A stretch of DNA of 64,000 nucleotides from Acidobacteria bacterium UBA6911 (GTDB lineage Bacteria; Acidobacteriota; UBA6911; RPQK01; JAJDTT01). Below, one piece after another: positions 60,444 through 64,000 of this stretch (position 1 is the first letter of the stretch; each line of letters begins with the position of its first letter). A program made the position numbers and the translations under genes. The notes below the pieces were generated by a model. It made no database searches and had not been told where the DNA came from. It saw nothing but the letters and a program-made list of their open reading frames with translations. Location: contig CAUZIZ010000007.1 in assembly GCA_963579905.1 (NCBI GenBank), positions 1,462-65,461 on the forward strand. Direction: 5' to 3'.

Positions 60444-61784
60444 CTACCCCTGACGTAGGGCCTCGACGGGATCGACGCGGGCCGCTCGGTTGGCGGGAAG
60501 AACCCCAGAAAGGAGGCTGAAGAGCACCGCGAACGCGACTGCACCCGCTAGCAGCCACACCGGATAAGCGAAGAGCTCGGGGACCTCTAAAATACCATTC
60601 CTCGCAAAATAGCGGACGATAAAAACGGAGGCTATTCGGGTCAAACCCCATCCTGCAAGAAGTCCCAACAGGCCTCCCAGCAGCCCAGCGAGGCTTGCCT
60701 CTACCAGAAAGATCCTTCGCACGTCGGCGTCCGTTCCTCCGATCGCCTTCATGATGCCGATGACCTTTCTACGCTCGAGGACAGACATCACGAGGACATT
60801 CGCGATGCCCAATGAAGCAACCACCAGTGCGATCGTTCCCAACACCGACAGAATAACCTCCAGGATCATGAAGGCCTCCTGTATCCGCTTCATCTCGTCT
60901 GCGATGGCAAAGGTCGTCAGACCCCATGACTCGACTTCCTTGCGGACGTTCTCCAGGCTCACAAGGTCCTTGACTCGGACGTCCACGCTATCGAACTCGC
61001 GTCCTCTGCCCTGTTCCTGCGATATGACGGCGGTTAAGGCAGACCTTCCACTCAGACTCTGTTTCCACAGCGGCCTTGCTTCATCCAGTGGAATCACCAC
61101 GCCTCGGTAGAAAGGATTGCGTTGGGTGACCAGCAAGCGGGGCAGGACCCCGACCACATCGAAGGGGATACGGACGGTTTCGAAGGGGAGCTCGTCTTCC
61201 GACTCGACCCGGCGCAGACGATCCGTGAGCACGTCGATGGTCTGGCCCAGTGAGGTCTCCGGAGGATCGAATCCAAGTCTGCGGGCGACCCGGACGGTCA
61301 GCACGATCTCGCGCCCCTGCGTCCCAGTGAGGAACCGTCCCTGGGTGATCTTTGAGTAGGGTGACAGTGGAGCTACATGGGGACCGGCTCCTCGGATTCG
61401 GGTGAGATAGCTCTTTCCATTGCGCTCCAGGCGAGCTGGAAAACGAATGTCCTCCTGGACACTGACAACGCCTGCTAACTGTGAAACGCGCTTCACCAAG
61501 GACTCGTTCAGCGAGGGCCGTTCGGTTTGATTCGTTTCGCTTGATTCTTCTTCACGGTAATCTCTCAGAGTTTGTGCTCGCCCCGAACCCAGAATCTGGA
61601 AGGAGGTGAAGACCTCCCTGACCTCGAGGTTACCTACGGTCTGCTCACGCAGACCTGCGCCGAAGCTCACCATCGCTACCAGCGTGGCAATGGCGATCAA
61701 GACTCCTAGACAAGTCAACGTGAAGCGCAGGCGAGCCTGCCCCACACTCCGAAAGGCAATCTGGAAAACATCACGCCAGGGCAT
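60444..61784 (-). CDS. ABC transporter permease (MacB/FtsX family)
   Basis: LTCLGVLIAIA, GIANVLVMSVLERRKVIGIMKAIG, PANRAARVDPVEALR. Confidence 0.93.
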   Translation of the reverse strand: MPWRDVFQIAFRSVGQARLRFTLTCLGVLIAIATLVAMVSFGAGLREQTVGNLEVREVFTSFQILGSGRAQTLRDYREEESSETNQTERPSLNESLVKRVSQLAGVVSVQEDIRFPARLERNGKSYLTRIRGAGPHVAPLSPYSKITQGRFLTGTQGREIVLTVRVARRLGFDPPETSLGQTIDVLTDRLRRVESEDELPFETVRIPFDVVGVLPRLLVTQRNPFYRGVVIPLDEARPLWKQSLSGRSALTAVISQEQGRGREFDSVDVRVKDLVSLENVRKEVESWGLTTFAIADEMKRIQEAFMILEVILSVLGTIALVVASLGIANVLVMSVLERRKVIGIMKAIGGTDADVRRIFLVEASLAGLLGGLLGLLAGWGLTRIASVFIVRYFARNGILEVPELFAYPVWLLAGAVAFAVLFSLLSGVLPANRAARVDPVEALRQG

Positions 61785-62506
61785 CAGAGAAGCGCACTCT
61801 CATTCTTTGAAGCACTCTCTACATTCTCTTCAGAGTCCAGCCTGCCATCGCTTAGCCGAATGAACCGGTCAACGTAGCTCGAGAACAGCTCCTTTTCATG
61901 GGTGACGCAGATGAGGGTATGTCCCTGCGCGTGGAGATTCTGGAAGATTCCGAGTATCTCCTCCGCGGTGGAGCTGTCAAGGTTGCCAGTCGGCTCATCC
62001 GCCAACAGGAACCCAGGGCTGTTGGCGAGGGCTCGGGCGATTGCAACCCGCTGCTGCTCACCCCCTGACAGCTCGGCCGGAAGATGAGTGGCTCGGTCAG
62101 CGAGACTCACAGTATCCAGTAGATCAGACGCCCGGGCAGCACGTTGACCGCTTCCCACTCCGGCGAAGGCCATGGCAAGTTCGACGTTTTCCCTGGCGGT
62201 CATCGTAGGGACTAAATGAAAAGACTGGAACACAATACCCACCGTGCGTTGTCGATGCCAGGCCAGTTCAGCAGGCGTCATCTCGCCCAGATTCCTATCA
62301 TCGATCCACAGGAATCCCGAGGTTGGACGGTCAAGTCCCGCCAATAGATTCAGCAAGGTCGACTTACCGGAACCAGAGCGTCCCACTATGCCCAGAAATT
62401 CTCCGGACCGGACCTCGAAAGACACGCCGTCCAACGCGTTGATCGTATTCCCACCCAGGGTATAGCTTCTGGTCAAGTTCTCAGCCCGCAGTCCAGTCAC
62501 GTGCAA
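61784..62506 (-). CDS. ABC transporter ATP-binding protein (LolD/MacB type)
   Basis: [34 protein letters not shown]. Confidence 0.95.
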   Translation of the reverse strand: MHVTGLRAENLTRSYTLGGNTINALDGVSFEVRSGEFLGIVGRSGSGKSTLLNLLAGLDRPTSGFLWIDDRNLGEMTPAELAWHRQRTVGIVFQSFHLVPTMTARENVELAMAFAGVGSGQRAARASDLLDTVSLADRATHLPAELSGGEQQRVAIARALANSPGFLLADEPTGNLDSSTAEEILGIFQNLHAQGHTLICVTHEKELFSSYVDRFIRLSDGRLDSEENVESASKNESALL

Positions 62507-62715
62507 GACCTCATCAATTCAGCCGGTGCGCCAGTGGTCTTCCGGTAGCCATAGCTCCCCCTCATTGTCACTCATTTGTGACTGCCACCGCCAGTACCCG
62601 TTTCTCATTCGATCGCTCTCCCTTCAGAGTTTGGCATCACTCCCGAATCAAGGTGGTCGCTACGCTTCCCCGGTCGATCTTGAAAGATCACGCTATTTGC
62701 GTAATGATCCCGGTC

Positions 62716-63552
62716 ATGACGTCGATTTTATGCTCCCTTCTGCTTGCTCTGGCGGTCTTGGCCCCAGACGTTCAGGAGAAGCAAGACCTACGTTACTACG
62801 AGGGCTCGGGATCCCACTCGAAAAAACACCTTCTCAATCTTTATCTTCCAGTGGACAGGAAGGATCCTCCAATCGTGATCTTTGTACACGGAGGATCTTG
62901 GAAGCGCGGAGATAAGGATGCATACGGCGGCGCCTATGCGAGGTTGGGTCGGAGCCTGGCAGGAACCGGCCTTGCCGTGGCGATTATCAACTACCGCCTT
63001 TCTCCTGGAGTACGCCACCCAGAGCACGCGCGCGATGTTGCCAGAGCGCTGGCCTGGGTTCACAAGCAGTCGAATGTCTATGGCTGGAATCAGAAGAAGA
63101 TATTCTTGATGGGCCATTCGGCCGGAGCACACCTAGCTTCCCTCGTAGCTGTGGATCCCTTCTACCTGGCCGAGCAGGGACTGAAGCCGAACGTGGTTCG
63201 GGGAGTCGTAGCGATCAGTGGGGTCTATGATCTGGAACTTACCGGCATCTCGGGTCAGTTTTTGTACGAATCGGTGTTTAGCACCGAGCGCCAGATGCTG
63301 CGGAAGGCTTCCCCGACTTCGCAGGTGGGGACCCGGCCCGCTCCTTTCCTTCTGCTCTATGCCGAAGAGGACTATGTAACAGCCGACTTCCAGGCCCGCC
63401 GATTCGAGAAGGCATTGAAAGCGGCTGGAGGCAAGGCCACCACCCACGCTGTTGCTGACCGCAACCATGTGAACATCGTCGTGGGAGTGGCAAAAAAGGG
63501 AGATCCGGTACAGGAAAAAGTCTTGGCCTTCATCAATCGCCTGGCTCCCTAG
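62716..63552 (+). CDS. Secreted alpha/beta hydrolase (HSL/BD-FAE-like esterase)
   Basis: VHGGSW, NYRLSP, GHSAGAHL. Confidence 0.9.
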   Translation: MTSILCSLLLALAVLAPDVQEKQDLRYYEGSGSHSKKHLLNLYLPVDRKDPPIVIFVHGGSWKRGDKDAYGGAYARLGRSLAGTGLAVAIINYRLSPGVRHPEHARDVARALAWVHKQSNVYGWNQKKIFLMGHSAGAHLASLVAVDPFYLAEQGLKPNVVRGVVAISGVYDLELTGISGQFLYESVFSTERQMLRKASPTSQVGTRPAPFLLLYAEEDYVTADFQARRFEKALKAAGGKATTHAVADRNHVNIVVGVAKKGDPVQEKVLAFINRLAP

Positions 63553-63582
63553 GATTCAATTTGAAACGGAACACATAGCTGC

Positions 63583-64000
63583 ATGTCTTCCTCCGACCCT
63601 ATCCTCCAGGGGAAGCTTATCTGGGCGGGAGAACACTGGATCAATTATCTGCGACCAGCTGGTGCGGACACCGATAGCGCTCAGCTGAGCCTGTATCACA
63701 GCAGTTACAGTCCAGCGGGGGAAGGAAACGTCGCCTTCGTCATCATCCCAGGCGTCCTGGAAGCGGTATGTACCGACAACCGGGATCTTGTGGAATTCAT
63801 TCTCGAAACCATGATCCGAGGCAAGAACGCATCCCTCGACCGAGAACTTGCCGTCTTCGATGCAGCGTTTCGGCGTGGTGGAGATATTTGCCAGGCGCCT
63901 TCCTGGCGCATCGAGCTTCCCGAGCATCTTCTTGAGGCTTCCTGGAGCGAGCTCGGCGAGCCCGTCATGGTCTATCGTTCGGACCGTACGATCCAGCGGC
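63583..64000 (+). CDS. Hypothetical protein, runs off the window end
   Basis: Manual translation MSSSDPILQGKLIWAGEHWINYLRPAG... stays open to 64000. Confidence 0.6.
   Translation, partial: MSSSDPILQGKLIWAGEHWINYLRPAGADTDSAQLSLYHSSYSPAGEGNVAFVIIPGVLEAVCTDNRDLVEFILETMIRGKNASLDRELAVFDAAFRRGGDICQAPSWRIELPEHLLEASWSELGEPVMVYRSDRTIQR

Noticed and set aside
1-64000. tRNA, rRNA or riboswitch genes
   Set aside because: No cloverleaf or recognisable conserved RNA motif seen by eye; an Infernal or tRNAscan run would be needed to exclude them

Overview
64-kb bacterial window with an Acidobacteriota-like gene content (two VWFA-related proteins, BlaI plus M56-TonB, signal-peptide-bearing catabolic enzymes) and several Planctomycetes-type families (PSCyt/DUF1549/DUF1553 with DUF1501; hisE-hisG). 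Three things stand out. (1) Selective genome erosion: at least a dozen accessory genes carry frameshifts, in-frame nonsense codons (mostly TGG->TAG/TGA, CGA->TGA, CAA->TAA type) or deletions, while housekeeping genes (hisG, hisE, lipA, mrp, NUDIX, GT4/WecA) are intact. (2) A dense set of non-autonomous elements: a dispersed ~110-290 bp repeat family in at least 7 copies with palindromic TGAAACTTCA ends and a nested hairpin core; an IS5-like ~181-bp MITE family with TTA/TAA target duplications that hits gene ends, including the lipA stop; a 183-bp CTAG-ended MITE nested in a repeat copy; REP palindromes; a probable four-helix-bundle cassette scar; and an IS91-like transposase fragment that truncates an FMN oxidase. 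(3) Exported enzymes and unusual domain architectures: a subclass B3 metallo-beta-lactamase, an Nramp-like transporter with ~8 Ca-binding DxDxDG motifs, and a 1099-aa glycosidase-LamG-sialidase. No rRNA, tRNA or CRISPR array was recognised. All family assignments come from motif recognition by eye, not database searches.
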